Assembly (NCBI GenBank): GCA_963823665.1
Contig: CAWGMQ010000005.1
Span: 1,152,001-1,216,000 of the forward strand
Length of the DNA stretch: 64,000 nt
Reading direction: 5' to 3'
Source: an uncultured Planctomycetota bacterium
GTDB taxonomy: Bacteria > Planctomycetota > Planctomycetia > Isosphaerales > Isosphaeraceae
Below, piece by piece: positions 1 to 11,153 of this stretch (positions are counted from its first letter, which is position 1; each line of letters opens with the position of its first letter). Below the pieces are notes generated by a model. That model searched no databases, was not told the DNA's origin, and saw only the letters and a list, made by a program, of their open reading frames with translations. Position numbers and translations under genes: made by a program.

Positions 1-1217
1 TTCCACGGCGGCGGCGTTCCAGGGGTGCTCGTCGAGATGGGCCAGCATCCGCCGGGCGTCGAACGCCTGGACGCGTTCAGCACTACTCTTGCCGGCGACG
101 CCGGCGATCGTCTGGGCGAGGCCGTCGAGGCGGGCTTCGCTAACCAGGTCGTACCCGATCTGGCCGAGAGCATAGACGAGTTGCGGCGCCCCGGTCTGAC
201 AACCGCAAGCGGACGGTTGGACTGCCGCGGGGCGAACCGCGTTTTCGGTCGGGGGCAGTGGGATCGGCGAGGCCGCGGCCAGGTTGTCTTCGTTTGGCAC
301 CGCGTCGCTTGGCGGGGCGGTGGAGTCGGACATCGTCAGCATACTCCGGGTGAGGATTGTTACGGCTCCATTGACGTTCAACCGTCCAGCCAGGAGACGG
401 TGGCAATCCGTTTCAAGCTCCTGAGCACATCCCAGGGCACTGCGCAATAATGCATCCCTGACGAGCGGCGGGCTCGGCTGCCGGCCGCGTTTTCGCTGCA
501 AACTCAAAAGCAGGGCCGCGACTCCCGAAACCACTGCCGTCGCGTAACTCGTGCCGATCCCGCGCCTGTCCCACCACCGGGTTGCGCGCCAAGTATATCC
601 ACGCCGGGCGCCAAAATCCCCTGAATTCCGTAGAGTCCGCCCCAATTGCTGGAACTGACGGGTTCCCCCTGCGCATCCATCGCGCCGGCCGCCAGCACCG
701 AGTCGAGGGCGGCGGGGACGTGGAGGCACGCGCAACCGTCGTTGCCCGCGGCGGCGACGATCAGAACGCCGCGCCGGGCGCAATCGCGGACCACGTCGGC
801 CAGCAGCGGGTGGGCAGTTCCCGAAGGGGAAAACTGTCCGCCGCTGATGTTGACGACATGGGCGCCCTGCTGTACCGCCTGGGTAATGGCCCGTGCGAGA
901 TCGAGTTGCGAACAGAGCTGAATCGACTGCTCACCGACGGACTGAAAAATCGGCACGAGAACGCCTCGGCAGAGCGGCGCGAGGCCCGGCACGAGCCCGC
1001 CGTGCTGGCCGAAGATCACGCTGGCGATGTGCGTACCGTGCCGGCTGGCGGGCCCGAGGTCGGCCGTCCCCGGCACCAGGGTTTCCACCTGCGTGAGGTT
1101 CGCAGCTTTCAAACTCGGGTGGGAGAGCTCAACCGGGCCGTCCAGGACCGCGATGCAGACCGCGGGATCGCCGAGGGTCTCGGCCCAGAGTTCTCGGATT
1201 CCGGAGAGGAGGCCCAT
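1..1217 (-). CDS. PatA/PatG-family (cyanobactin maturation-type) S8 subtilisin protease with C-terminal PatG-type DUF; frameshift near 560, 3' end runs off the window
   Basis: ORF 504..1217 has AVLDGPV (Asp), HGTHIASVIFG (His), CSQLDLARAI and AAAGNDGCACLHVPAA. Manual translation of the shifted frame gives GTSYATAVVSGVAALLLSLQ (Ser), then ACGCQTGAPQLVYALGQIGYD...EARLD typical of the PatA/G DUF. Confidence 0.85.
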
Positions 1218-1365
1218 GACAATACAACCGCGAGCTGCCCACGAACAGGAACCTGTAGAGTGGCCGCACAGCTTGTGAGCCCACCCTCGTGAGTGTCCCT
1301 ACGGTAAGCCACCCGCCGCGCGATAACAAATGAAAAAGTGGTGACGGATCAATTTCCGAGCCCGG

Positions 1366-4300
1366 TTATTCACGCCGCACCGCCCGCGTGACTCCAGGCA
1401 GACTCGGGGCCAGACGGAAGCCGTAGAAGTTCGAGCGGTCCGACGGGACGTCCGTGTGGCGGATCGCCGACCGGCAATACGCCGCGACGGTGCGCCAACC
1501 GCCGCCACGGCTCACGCGGCGCGCGCCCTCATCGGCGCCTCGCGGATCGGTGATCGCTTCGACACCATAGTCCCCGACCCAGTCGTGGCTCCACTCAAAC
1601 AGATTCCCGTGCAGATCAAACAACCCACGAACGCTCGGACGCAATTCCCGTGGCGGATGGGCGTGCTTGCCGCTGTTCTCCGCGAACCAGCCAAATCGTC
1701 CCAGCAGGCTCACCTCGCCGCCAAAGCCGTAAGGCGTCCGCGCTCCAGCACGGCTCGCCACCTCCCACTCCGATTCCGTCGGCAATCGAAATCCTCGTCG
1801 ATCCAGCTCCAGTGGCCAGTTCCGCGGGGCCCAGTTCGCCTCGAGATTCGGTTCGCGTGGATACCTCGCCTTGTCCAGGGTCTCGGGGGCCGGATACGAC
1901 TGGTCTCTTTCCGGCAAGCCCGACTGCTGGCCCAGCCACCGGCAGAAGCCCACCGCGTCGTACCAATCCGTACCGAACCCGGCATCCGCGGGTCTTGCGT
2001 CGTATTCCTGCATCAGTTCCGCGTATCGTGGCGAAAAAGCTCTCAGCTCCAGAAGGGTGATCTCACGATCCAGCAGCGCAAACGGGCGCGTCAGCGTGAC
2101 GCTGTGCCGGACTTCGTTTTTTTGCCGGTCCGGTTCGTCATTGACCGAGCCGACGTTGGAGGCGCCCGCTGGAATTACGATCAACGTATAGTAAAACGTC
2201 TCTTTCACCAGCTCCGTTTCCGGCCTCGGTGGCGCTGCGGGCGTTACCGTGATCGCCAGCGTGAACCACTCCCGGTCAGGCGCATACGGCACCACCGTGC
2301 GATCCACCTGACGCACGACCTCCGCCTGCCTCCATTGCCGCAGCAGCCAACCCGCCGCGCCGTGGACTCCTGAACTCGGGTCATGGCGGTACCAGCCGGC
2401 CAGTTGCTCAAGAAGCGCTACCCGATGCGATTCGGGAATCTCCTCGAGTGAAAACTCCCCCAGTGCCAGCAGCAGGGCATACCGAGTGTTTTTTGGATAA
2501 CGATCTTTCGGAGCGATGCTGACCCGTTGCAGACAGTCGAGCAGCGCATCCACGGCGACTCCACGGGGGCGGCAGCGGAAGATGAATTGCGTGAGCGCCT
2601 CCGGATCGTCGGTCATGTCAAACACCGGCAGCACCTTCTCGCGCTCGCCCAGCCGCAGCAAGGTGACTGCGGCGTTCGCACGACGCTGGCCAAAGGGTAT
2701 GCGCTCTACGGAGCCCAGTTCCACCGATGGCGGCGTGGCGGCGATCCTGGCGAGATCCTCGAACGTGGCAGGCGCGGGGCCCGCGGCCACGATCGGGTAG
2801 AGCACGGCGAATTGCTCCGGCGTGGCGACGGCGAGTAGCTGGGACAACTTCGGGATATCGCCCGCGGCGTAATCTGCGAACGCGTTGGCGGCGGAGACCT
2901 GCTGAGCGACGGTCGCCTTGGCATCGGCGAAGATCCGCTCCAGATCCAGGAGCAGTCGCGCGCGAATCGGACGCAGCGCGTCGCGCAGCAGCGGCTGGGA
3001 CTCGGGATTGGACAAGACCAGTTGCTCGGCCACGAACTTCAAGTTCTGCTCGCTCCACGAGGCCGCCTCGGAATCGGGAACGTAATCCGAGAGCGCCACC
3101 GCGGCGCGGAACCGGCGAAAGGCCTCGGCTTTCTCGTCCCGCAGGATGGCCCGGAGTTTTTCCGTGAGCTCACCCGCGTAGGGACGCAATTGCGCACGAA
3201 TCGGGCCGATGTAAACGACCTTGTTGGTGAGCAATTCTTCAAGCAGTGGTTCGACGAGCGCCCGGTCGCGGGAAACCAGCGCGAGGCGAGCATGCAATTG
3301 CGCGCGCTTCTCGTCGACCGTTCTTGCATTGGCGGCAAGCAGCGGCAACAGATAGGTCGCGGCAACCTCGGGGTTCGCATCGAGTTCTTTGACAATGGCC
3401 GGCAACTGATTGGGTTCCGCACTCACCAGGCGTCCCACCAGCCCTTCGATGCGGGTCGCTTCCTGCTCTCTGGCAACTTGGGTGCGAACCACTACTCCGA
3501 TGGAAATCAATGCGACGAGACCAGTCATAGCGAGCGCAGATCGGAGACTGTGCAACCGGGTCGCCTTGGACATCATCACCCGCTGCGGTGAGGTCCACTT
3601 TTTCGGATCTGTCAGCGTGCGGATGCTGAGCCATTCCCAGACTGTCGGTAGATGGCGGTTCTCTGGTTTGGCGTTCCACAAGCCTGAGCGTTCCGCCAGT
3701 TTCAGCTCCGCGCGGCCCCGGCGAGTTTCCTTCTGCTTGCGCGTCAGCCATTCTCGCAACGAGTGAACCAGATAGTCGTGAGTGAGCTGGTAGTATTTCT
3801 GCCCTGGCCTGGTCTGCGGCGCGGAATCGCCGTTCGCCTCTTTCCCTTCCGGGTCGGTCGGCGTGATCAGGCGGATTTCGCTGTCGAGAATTCGGATCAG
3901 GTCGTCGAAGTCGTTGGGGCGGCTACCATAGCCGGAGGCGTCCAGCAATTCTTGGCGGGACCTCATCTGTCCCTTGATGTCAGTGCCGCTTTCGGGAAGC
4001 AAGGCTTTGAGCACCGCTTGGGCGGCGGTCTGGTGCAGTCTACGCTCGGGGGGCGCGGTCGAGGCGCTGAATGTTTCCTCGAGGAATGTGACACCCACGC
4101 CCCTCGTGCCGCCAACTTCTTTGAGCGTGGAGGGAGTCCACGGTTTGCCTTTTATCATCTCGGCGTAGAGCGCCAACCTGACGGAAATGACCTTCCCTTC
4201 TTCCGCCAGTCCACTCACCGATTCCTTCAGGAATTCGTTCTGCTCGCTCGAAGTATCCGACGCGTTCTCTGGGAGCTTGCCGAATGCCCGGCCGAATGCC

Positions 4301-6054
4301 GCCAGCACCTTTCGGGCGTGGTCAAGGTCGAAGAGATCGACGGCCGCAGAGTTCTGCCCTTCGAGGAGACAGATCTCCAGACCCCTCGTGAATCGCGTGG
4401 CGGCCATCCAAAAATCATCGCGTACCATCACGATCGCCTGGAGATGCTCGCCATCGCACTGACGAAGCGCGGCGACCAGTTCCGTGTTCTCCTCACGTCG
4501 CCTGGCAAAGAGCCATTGCTCGAACTGGTCCAGGACCAGCAGCACCTTGCGCTCGGATGGCAACACGTGACCTCGCCGCACGCTTGCCAGCGAATCAACC
4601 AGCCCCGATCCTCTCGGCAGTAAAGGACAAACCTTGCGCAGACCCTTGAGCAATCGAGCTTCGGTGTCTTCTGCGTTCGCCTCGATGTAAGCCGCATGGA
4701 CGTGCTTGCCGAGCCGGGGCAAGAGTCCCGCCTTGACGAGCGATGACTTGCCGCAGCCCGAGGGACCATAGATCAGCCCGACCTTGAAGGTCAGGTCGGG
4801 ATCGATCTGCTCGATCTTTCGCTTCCAGAATTGGATGCTGTCTGGCAGTCCGTCCCGGTCCCGCGGTCCGGGAAGCAATTCCACGAAGAAGTCGGCATCA
4901 TGCTCATCGAACGATCGCAGGCCTCTTGGGACGATCTTGATCGGCCACTGGTCGGAGGCCGATTGCTTGTCGGAGGCCGATTGCTTGGAGGTCGGTGGGA
5001 CCGGTGTCACCACATCGGTTGAACCGGGTGGCGGGCTGACCGGAGCGAACGAGGCGGCAGGCGCGACCACTCCCGTGACGGTCGGGAGAAAGGCCCGCAG
5101 ATCCTCAGCCATGTCACGCCCGGTCGTGTACCGGTCCGCCGCTCGCTTGCTCATCGCCTTCAGGCAGATTCGTTCCAGTTCCTTGGGAATCGTGTCGTCG
5201 ACCTGGCGCGGAGGGCGGGCTTCGGTCGCGGCGATGAGATCCAGCAGTTCGTTGCGCGCTTCGTCTTTGTCTTGAGCTTTGGCTATGAACGGTCGTCGCC
5301 CGGTCAAGAGCTCGTAGAACACCACGCCCAGGCTGAAGATGTCGGACCGCCCATCAACACGATGCCCCTCGCCACGAGCCTGCTCGGGACTCATGTACGC
5401 AGGCGTTCCAGCCAGCCCACCACCGATCCCGAAGTCCTCGTCCGTAAGCGCGAGACCGAAGTCGGCGACGAACGCCTTCCCTGAGCCATCGATCAGAATA
5501 TTGCCGGGCTTGACGTCCCGGTGGACCAGGCCGTGAGTATGAGCGTGATGAAGGGCTTCGGCGACAGTCGCCACCATTGCCGCCGACGCGTGAAAACTGG
5601 GGCGCGCTTCCTTGATCCTGGCGGCAAGGTCGCTACCTTCAATGAACTTGGACACCACGAAACAGGGTCCGCCCTCCATGCGACCCACGTCATGCACCGG
5701 CACGATATGGGGATGGTCCAGCCTGGCGAGAATTCGGGCTTCGACCAGAAACGCTTCGGCATCCTCCGCGCGCGTGATACGCTCCGCGTTTGGCACCTTG
5801 ACGGCGACCGGGCGATTCAGATCATCGTCGTGTGCAAGATACACCGTCCCGAACCCGCCCTGACCCAGCCGCTGGATGACGCGGTAGCGCCCGATCTTGG
5901 AGGGATCGCCTTCCCTGGAGCCACCCGAGCCAGGCGCGGGCAGTTGCGAGCCGGCCGTTTCCGCGACGCTCCTTGTCTCATCCGAGGACCGACTCGCCGC
6001 GGCACCCGGCGATTGAGATGCTCCCGGTTCGGGCGTGCCCTTCGTCTCATCCAT
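1366..6054 (-). CDS. Multidomain protein: Ser/Thr kinase + STAND-like P-loop NTPase + hydrophobic segment/helical region + FGE-sulfatase (SUMF1) domain
   Basis: GQGGFG, AVK, HRDVKPGN, DFG, YMSPE; Walker A GPSGCGKSS and Walker B LLVLDQFEQ; C-terminal FRLPTESEWE, GLFDLHGNLFEW, RGGGW, GFRLA. Confidence 0.9.
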   Translation of the reverse strand: MDETKGTPEPGASQSPGAAASRSSDETRSVAETAGSQLPAPGSGGSREGDPSKIGRYRVIQRLGQGGFGTVYLAHDDDLNRPVAVKVPNAERITRAEDAEAFLVEARILARLDHPHIVPVHDVGRMEGGPCFVVSKFIEGSDLAARIKEARPSFHASAAMVATVAEALHHAHTHGLVHRDVKPGNILIDGSGKAFVADFGLALTDEDFGIGGGLAGTPAYMSPEQARGEGHRVDGRSDIFSLGVVFYELLTGRRPFIAKAQDKDEARNELLDLIAATEARPPRQVDDTIPKELERICLKAMSKRAADRYTTGRDMAEDLRAFLPTVTGVVAPAASFAPVSPPPGSTDVVTPVPPTSKQSASDKQSASDQWPIKIVPRGLRSFDEHDADFFVELLPGPRDRDGLPDSIQFWKRKIEQIDPDLTFKVGLIYGPSGCGKSSLVKAGLLPRLGKHVHAAYIEANAEDTEARLLKGLRKVCPLLPRGSGLVDSLASVRRGHVLPSERKVLLVLDQFEQWLFARRREENTELVAALRQCDGEHLQAIVMVRDDFWMAATRFTRGLEICLLEGQNSAAVDLFDLDHARKVLAAFGRAFGKLPENASDTSSEQNEFLKESVSGLAEEGKVISVRLALYAEMIKGKPWTPSTLKEVGGTRGVGVTFLEETFSASTAPPERRLHQTAAQAVLKALLPESGTDIKGQMRSRQELLDASGYGSRPNDFDDLIRILDSEIRLITPTDPEGKEANGDSAPQTRPGQKYYQLTHDYLVHSLREWLTRKQKETRRGRAELKLAERSGLWNAKPENRHLPTVWEWLSIRTLTDPKKWTSPQRVMMSKATRLHSLRSALAMTGLVALISIGVVVRTQVAREQEATRIEGLVGRLVSAEPNQLPAIVKELDANPEVAATYLLPLLAANARTVDEKRAQLHARLALVSRDRALVEPLLEELLTNKVVYIGPIRAQLRPYAGELTEKLRAILRDEKAEAFRRFRAAVALSDYVPDSEAASWSEQNLKFVAEQLVLSNPESQPLLRDALRPIRARLLLDLERIFADAKATVAQQVSAANAFADYAAGDIPKLSQLLAVATPEQFAVLYPIVAAGPAPATFEDLARIAATPPSVELGSVERIPFGQRRANAAVTLLRLGEREKVLPVFDMTDDPEALTQFIFRCRPRGVAVDALLDCLQRVSIAPKDRYPKNTRYALLLALGEFSLEEIPESHRVALLEQLAGWYRHDPSSGVHGAAGWLLRQWRQAEVVRQVDRTVVPYAPDREWFTLAITVTPAAPPRPETELVKETFYYTLIVIPAGASNVGSVNDEPDRQKNEVRHSVTLTRPFALLDREITLLELRAFSPRYAELMQEYDARPADAGFGTDWYDAVGFCRWLGQQSGLPERDQSYPAPETLDKARYPREPNLEANWAPRNWPLELDRRGFRLPTESEWEVASRAGARTPYGFGGEVSLLGRFGWFAENSGKHAHPPRELRPSVRGLFDLHGNLFEWSHDWVGDYGVEAITDPRGADEGARRVSRGGGWRTVAAYCRSAIRHTDVPSDRSNFYGFRLAPSLPGVTRAVRRE

Positions 6055-6139
6055 CGTTCGATCCCTGACAGCGACCGATCACTTTCACGACAGCGAAGCG
6101 GAGCCATTGTCTCATCCCGAGCCGTGACAGAGAAGGAGA

Positions 6140-6690
6140 TCAATGAGCGAATGGGTCGGTCGGGAATATCGGGTCGAGGCGAACGACGGCCTGCGCTTCC
6201 CCGGCCAGCCGGCGGGCGATCAGCCGGTCGGGCCAGCCCCCCGGTGCCTGGGGTGCCGAGGGCTCGGCGATGAGCCGCTCGGCCCGGGCCAGGCAATCCT
6301 GCGCCGCTTCGGACCGGCCTCGCCGTTTCAAGGCCACCGCCTTGATCGCAAGGGCCGGGACACTGACGATGCGATCGGGCCCGCGCTCCAGGCAAGGGTC
6401 CAGTGACTTCAAGGCCGCCTCGGTATCGCCGGCGCGGTACTCGGCGAGGCCGAGGGTCAGGAGCAACCAGTCGACCGCCGAATTGTCCGGGCCGGCGCGT
6501 TCGACGGCGGCCCGGGCGATCGCCAGGAGCCGTGTGGCCTCGTCCGGTGCTGGCGGAAGTACCAGCAGCCCCGCCTTGGCGGACGTCGGACGGATCCACC
6601 CGCCCCCGCAACCTGGGGTCGAGCCGCAGGGCCACCAGCTTGCGCAGGCGGGCCCGATGCCGCTCCAGCAACCGGCCTCAGGAATCCGGG
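6140..6690 (-). pseudogene. Collapsed ECF-kinase cassette: ECF sigma-2 fragment joined out of frame (about 6581) to a kinase-type C-terminal TPR tail
   Basis: LLERHRARLRKLVALRLDPRLRGRVDPSDV (matches the ECFs at 23598 and 41618) is followed directly by AKAGLL...LTLGLAEYRAGD...FPTDPFAH. Confidence 0.75.
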
Positions 6691-7021
6691 CCGTCGCGCG
6701 CATCGCCGCCGGGCTCGGGGAACACATCACGCGAATTCTGGCTCATCATCACCATCCTAACCTATAGACTGCGAGAACACCGCCACCGGGGACAGGGTGG
6801 GCGGATTTCGCGGCCGCCTCTCCGCGATGACGTGGGTGCAGAACCAGCGGACTTTCCCGTTCCTTCGCTCCGCTCAGGGAACGCCACCTTGGGCGCGGGT
6901 CGCCGGGCACCCGAAGGGTCGCCGCCCACACATGGATCGGAGAACACATTTCCACACGATGTAACCCATCAGCTCCCACGATCGATAATCGTGCACACTC
7001 CTATCATCAATCTCCTCAATC

Positions 7022-7094
7022 GGCGACCTAGCTCAATGGGGAGAACGCCTGGTTTACAACCAGCAGGTTACTGGTTCGATTCCGATCGTCTCCA
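7022..7094 (+). tRNA. Degenerate tRNA-Val(TAC), probable pseudo-tRNA
   Basis: TAGCTCAATGG D-arm, CTGG-TTTACAA-CCAG anticodon arm and GGTTCGATTCC T-arm are present. There are mismatches in the acceptor, D, anticodon and T stems and no encoded CCA. Confidence 0.7.
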
Positions 7095-7225
7095 CTTAAC
7101 GCGCAGCGCGCGCTCAACTTACGTCATCCAGTCACTTCTCTTACTTTCCGCTGAGGGTTGGCCATACAATTGGTCGATGTCACAGTCGAACCCAAAACGG
7201 GCATCTACCTCGAAGTGAGTCTTCG

Positions 7226-7385
7226 TTGATCGTGAGCTTGAAGGGCCACAGCCAGTCTGTCAGCGCGGTGGTGTTCAGCCCCGATGGCAAGCGGCTCGCC
7301 GGACCCGCCATCGATCAGACATTCAAGATCTGGGACGCCGCGACCGGTGAGGAGATCCTCTCCCTCAATGGGCATACCAGCACGA
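7226..7385 (+). pseudogene. Single WD40-repeat remnant
   Basis: LKGHSQSVSAVVFSPDGKRLA...FKIWDAATGEEILSLNGHT with no surrounding gene. Confidence 0.7.
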
Positions 7386-7399
7386 TCTCGAGAACACGA

Positions 7400-7672
7400 A
7401 TGCAAGAACCACTTTGGACCGGACGCCCCGATCCCCCTCTTCCGCCAGTCCCCGAGAAGGGCCGCTGGCCGCGGAAGTCCGTTCTCGCCGCGTTCAGCCT
7501 GATCCCCATCGGCTTTCTGCTCTGGTTCGGCGGATTAGGCATCGGGCTTGGTGGCGGCGCGGAATGGAAAGTAAGAATCGCCACGTATTGCTTCGTCGCG
7601 GGCCTGCCGATTGCGGCCGTGGGCTTCATTAGGCTGGCGATGATCGCGATCGCCGACTTCGTGAATCGATGA
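7400..7672 (+). CDS. Small two-TM membrane protein, hypothetical
   Basis: ATG at 7400; two hydrophobic helices (VLAAFSLIPIGFLLWFGGLGI and YCFVAGLPIAAVGFI). Confidence 0.5.
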   Translation: MQEPLWTGRPDPPLPPVPEKGRWPRKSVLAAFSLIPIGFLLWFGGLGIGLGGGAEWKVRIATYCFVAGLPIAAVGFIRLAMIAIADFVNR

Positions 7673-8323
7673 GCGGAGCGAGTAAGCACTGTGTCGGTCA
7701 GACCGCACCAGCATCGTGCTTCAGTCCTCCATTTCATAGCGCTCAAGCATCCGATCGACTTTTGTCTTGGTCGCGGTCTGCTCTGCCACAACCGGTGGAT
7801 CCTCCCGTAGCCCGCCATACACGACTATGCCCATACCGGTGTGCAGGTGTGCCAAAACCACGTGCCATTTCGCCATGGTGTAAGTTCTGTCCGGTTGTTG
7901 GCAGAGATGTTAGTCGGTCACTTTCCTGCTGCCCCGCCATCGGCTTGAATGGGACCGACGCATCGACGTGGCCCGAAAGCCAACGTACGATGGCGGTTCT
8001 GAAACCGGTCAGCCCGATTGTGTGATGACGGTTCTAGGATTTCTGATCGTCAACAGGACCGCGGCGGACGAAGCTGAATCCGCCGGTGGCCGATCAGCAC
8101 CGGTTTCGGTGTTCGGCCAATGCACTGTCGTGATCAACGATTGTATTGCGGCTCAGGGTAGCGGTGATCGGCAGGGGTCCCTCGAAACGCTACATCGCGA
8201 ACGCGATGTCACATTTGCTGGCTAAACGAACATCTACCTCGCAGGAGTCTTGGTCATTGGCCTTGGAAGACCGGGCCAGGTGTTGGGCGTTTGATGGACT
8301 TCGGACCCCCGGAAAGAACCTAG

Positions 8324-9067
8324 ATGAGCGACCGACCCAGCCATAACCTCCGCGGCTTGGACCTGGACTTGGCTCGCCAAACGGTGCAGGACGAGATCTC
8401 CTGGCCTCCCCATGACGATCCGACGGCACATCTCGGCTCAACCGATCGTGCCAGGCCGGATAAGGCGCCTCCCGGTAAGATCCGCTATTTCGGCGACTAC
8501 GAGATCAGCGGCGAGATCGCCCAAGGCGGCATGGGCGTTGTGTTCCGCGCCCGGCAAGTGAGCCTGAACCGGCCCGTGGCACTCAAGATGATCCTCGCCG
8601 GCCAGCTCGCCGACCAAACCGATGTCAAACGTTTTTACACCGAGGCCGAGGCGGCCGCCAACCTGGATCATCCGGGCATCGTGCCGATTTATGAGGTCGG
8701 AAAGCACGACACCCAGCATTATTTCAGTATGGGCTTCGTCGAGGGCCAGAGCCTGGCGCAGCGACTGGCCGACGGGCCGCTGCCTGCCCTGGAGGCCGCC
8801 GATCTGATCCGTCGCGTCAGCGAGGCCATCGAGTATGCTCACCAGCGAGGCGTGATTCACCGTGACCTCAAGCCGAGCAATATCCTTCTCGATCAAAACG
8901 CCAATCCCCGCGTGACCGACTTCGGGCTGGCCAAGAGGGTCCAGGGCGATAGCGGTCTGACGGGTTCGGGTCAGATCATGGGGACGCCCAGCTACATGCC
9001 GCCGGAGCAGGCCGGCGGCAAGCGGGGCGAGGTGGGCCCGGCGACGAAACGGCGAATACTGGCCTGA
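8324..9067 (+). pseudogene. C-terminally truncated Ser/Thr kinase
   Basis: [21 protein letters not shown] and YMPPE are present, but the sequence breaks at GEVGPAT just before the D(V)YSLG subdomain IX. Confidence 0.8.
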
Positions 9068-9197
9068 CCTCGCGCTACTTCGATGGCCCGAGACCAAGAG
9101 GTAAGAGCCTGTATCGATTTCCAGACGGCTGAAACTGCGCGACCGAGAAGACAAATCGCCGTCGCGCCAGCATTTCTCAAGCTCAGCGAGGTAAATC

Positions 9198-9587
9198 ATG
9201 AACGCCGCACTCGACGCGGAGCTCCTCGGCAGCGTGATCTTTTTGCTCGTTCTCGCGAGCGTGCTGTGGCTTTGGTTCAAAACAAAAATGGGATCCGTCA
9301 CACGCGCGTCGCTCACGTCGTTCGTGCTCTTTGGCCATGGCCTGTTCATTTCTTACCTGCGCCATAAGTACCCTGATCCGCGACAGGACCCCGCTGGCCA
9401 GGGCTTGGGCAAGGTCTACCCGCTGTTGTTTGGCACTGCCGTGAGCGCTGTGTTCGCAATGATAGCGGCCGGATTGGTTATAGCCAGGTTTTACGAGCTC
9501 AAGCCGGCGAACCGGGCACTTGGACTCGCTCCTCTCGTTCTCCTTCTGGTTTTGTTGCTGTGTTTATGCACGGGTGTGTTCGGATAG
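9198..9587 (+). CDS. Hypothetical membrane protein (about 4 TM)
   Basis: gaggt RBS-like sequence before the ATG; four hydrophobic stretches. Confidence 0.55.
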   Translation: MNAALDAELLGSVIFLLVLASVLWLWFKTKMGSVTRASLTSFVLFGHGLFISYLRHKYPDPRQDPAGQGLGKVYPLLFGTAVSAVFAMIAAGLVIARFYELKPANRALGLAPLVLLLVLLLCLCTGVFG

Positions 9588-9589
9588 CC

Positions 9590-9843
9590 GAATTGAAGCG
9601 CTGCGCCTCGATTCGCAGTACGCCCTCGCCTACGGATTTCGGGCCAGCGCATGGAGTCACGAATCAGACGACGCCAAAGCGCTAACTGATTACAAAAAAG
9701 CTCTCCGCCTCGATCCAAAGGACGTGCTGACCTTGTTACACCGCGCCTCATTCTGGGGGCGCAGGGGTGAAAAGGAGAAGATGATCAGCGATTTCAATGA
9801 AGCGGTGCGCCTGGAATCGAGGTACAGCTTTTTGCGATTCTGA
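9590..9843 (+). pseudogene. TPR-repeat remnant
   Basis: EALRLDSQYALAYGFRA; ALTDYKKALRLDP; DFNEAVRLE; no credible start codon. Confidence 0.6.
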
Positions 9844-9871
9844 ACAGACCGCGAGAACAAAATCTGTGCCG

Positions 9872-10200
9872 TCACACGCTCCAATCCGAGAATGTCGCCA
9901 GATACTCGCGTGCGACCTTTTTCAGCCAGATGAAATCCTCATCCATTCGCGCGGGCACGAGTAGGCGCGTGGCGAAGAACCCGGCGATGATCGCGACGAA
10001 TGTCACGAGGCACCCGATGAGCAAGAGGATCTTCTCGAGGAATTCGGTCTCGGTTACCGAGAGGCCCTGGGTAAGAGCCACCGTGGTGACGAGGAACAAA
10101 AGAAAGCCGGCCAGTCCCAGGAGCCACGCACCCAGGAAGGCCCGACTCCGTCGTTTGCGATGACGCGGACAGAGACCGACCGTGATTTTCCCTCGCCAGC
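9872..10200 (-). pseudogene. 3' part of a two-TM membrane protein, 5' end missing
   Basis: KITVGLCPRHRKRR, two TM helices, then RLLVPARMDEDFIWLK; upstream sequence is an 18-bp tandem duplication and unrelated sequence. Confidence 0.45.
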
Positions 10201-10396
10201 AGACGAGCGCATATGGGAGTGAAACCGGGACGGGGAGTGAAACCGGGATGCGACTGGTTTTTATCCTGGACTCAATCGAGCCTCTTGGGGCGTTCGCCCA
10301 TGGCCACGGTCCGGCCCGGGACCACATCGACGAGCACTCGCTCGGCTGTTTCTTCGTCGCGCGCAGCAGGTTCGTCAGTCGGTGAAGAGGCGATGC

Positions 10397-10945
10397 TCAG
10401 CGGACCGGTGCGAGCTCGCTCGGCGAGAGGCGATAGACCGTCGCGGTGAATTTGCCGTTCGTACCCAAGACTGTATCGAGCACGTACAGGTCACCATCCT
10501 GTCCGAGGGCCATCGAATCAACAAAGTGCTGTCGAAGGGGCACGAACTTGGACAGGTTATAGGACGTGGCCACGCCGCTTGCCGTGATCCGGCCGATCTT
10601 GAAGGACGTCGAAATCCCGTCCGAGAACCAGAGCGATCCGTCCGCCGGACCCAGATAAGTCCTGAATGAGTCGGAAATCGCCGCAGGGATCTTGTTGCGC
10701 GATGGCGCCGGCCATCGACACCTTAAGGACTTCGTTCTGCGAAAGGTTGTTTCCCAAGGCGCTCACGACGAGGCTCGCGCTCGACCCGTTGTCCACCGAC
10801 CCGGTAAACAGGCCACGCATCGGGAACTGAGTGACGGCGCCGCTCGGGGACATCCGGCCGAAAACGAAGGATTTGCCCAAGCCCGCGGTGAACCAGAGAT
10901 TTCCGTCGGCTCCGGCCGCGAGTGAGTCCACGAATGGCGGCGATT
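10397..10945 (-). pseudogene. Virginiamycin-B-lyase (Vgb)-like beta-propeller remnant
   Basis: LAAGADGNLWFT, FGRMSPSGAVTQF, and in another frame MALGQDGDLYVLD...PVR*; frameshifted with no N-terminus. Confidence 0.6.
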
Positions 10946-11153
10946 TGGAACCGAAGGACGCACACCGTTCGGGCTTCGGTACGTTTTCCAGAGACCGTGC
11001 GGGGCGCCCGACAGAACTGGTTCTCGCAGCCGCACGTGAGGTCGACCCGTGCGTACAGGCAAGTGTGCCGGAGGCGAGCATTACCGACCCGTCCGAGTGG
11101 CACGACTTGATCCGGATCATTTCGGATCTCAGGTCAGCAGGACAGTCTGCCGC

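Noticed and set aside
1218..1365. Cyanobactin precursor peptide upstream of the protease
   Set aside because: No ORF with an LAELSEE-type leader or AYD-type recognition motifs.
1366..1700. FGE/C-type-lectin domain as a DGR target
   Set aside because: The fold is compatible, but no template repeat or RT is visible; a remote DGR cannot be excluded.
4950..4990. 18-bp tandem duplications (also 10215-10250) and a 15-bp one near 49386-49415
   Set aside because: Simple slippage duplications with no evidence of function.
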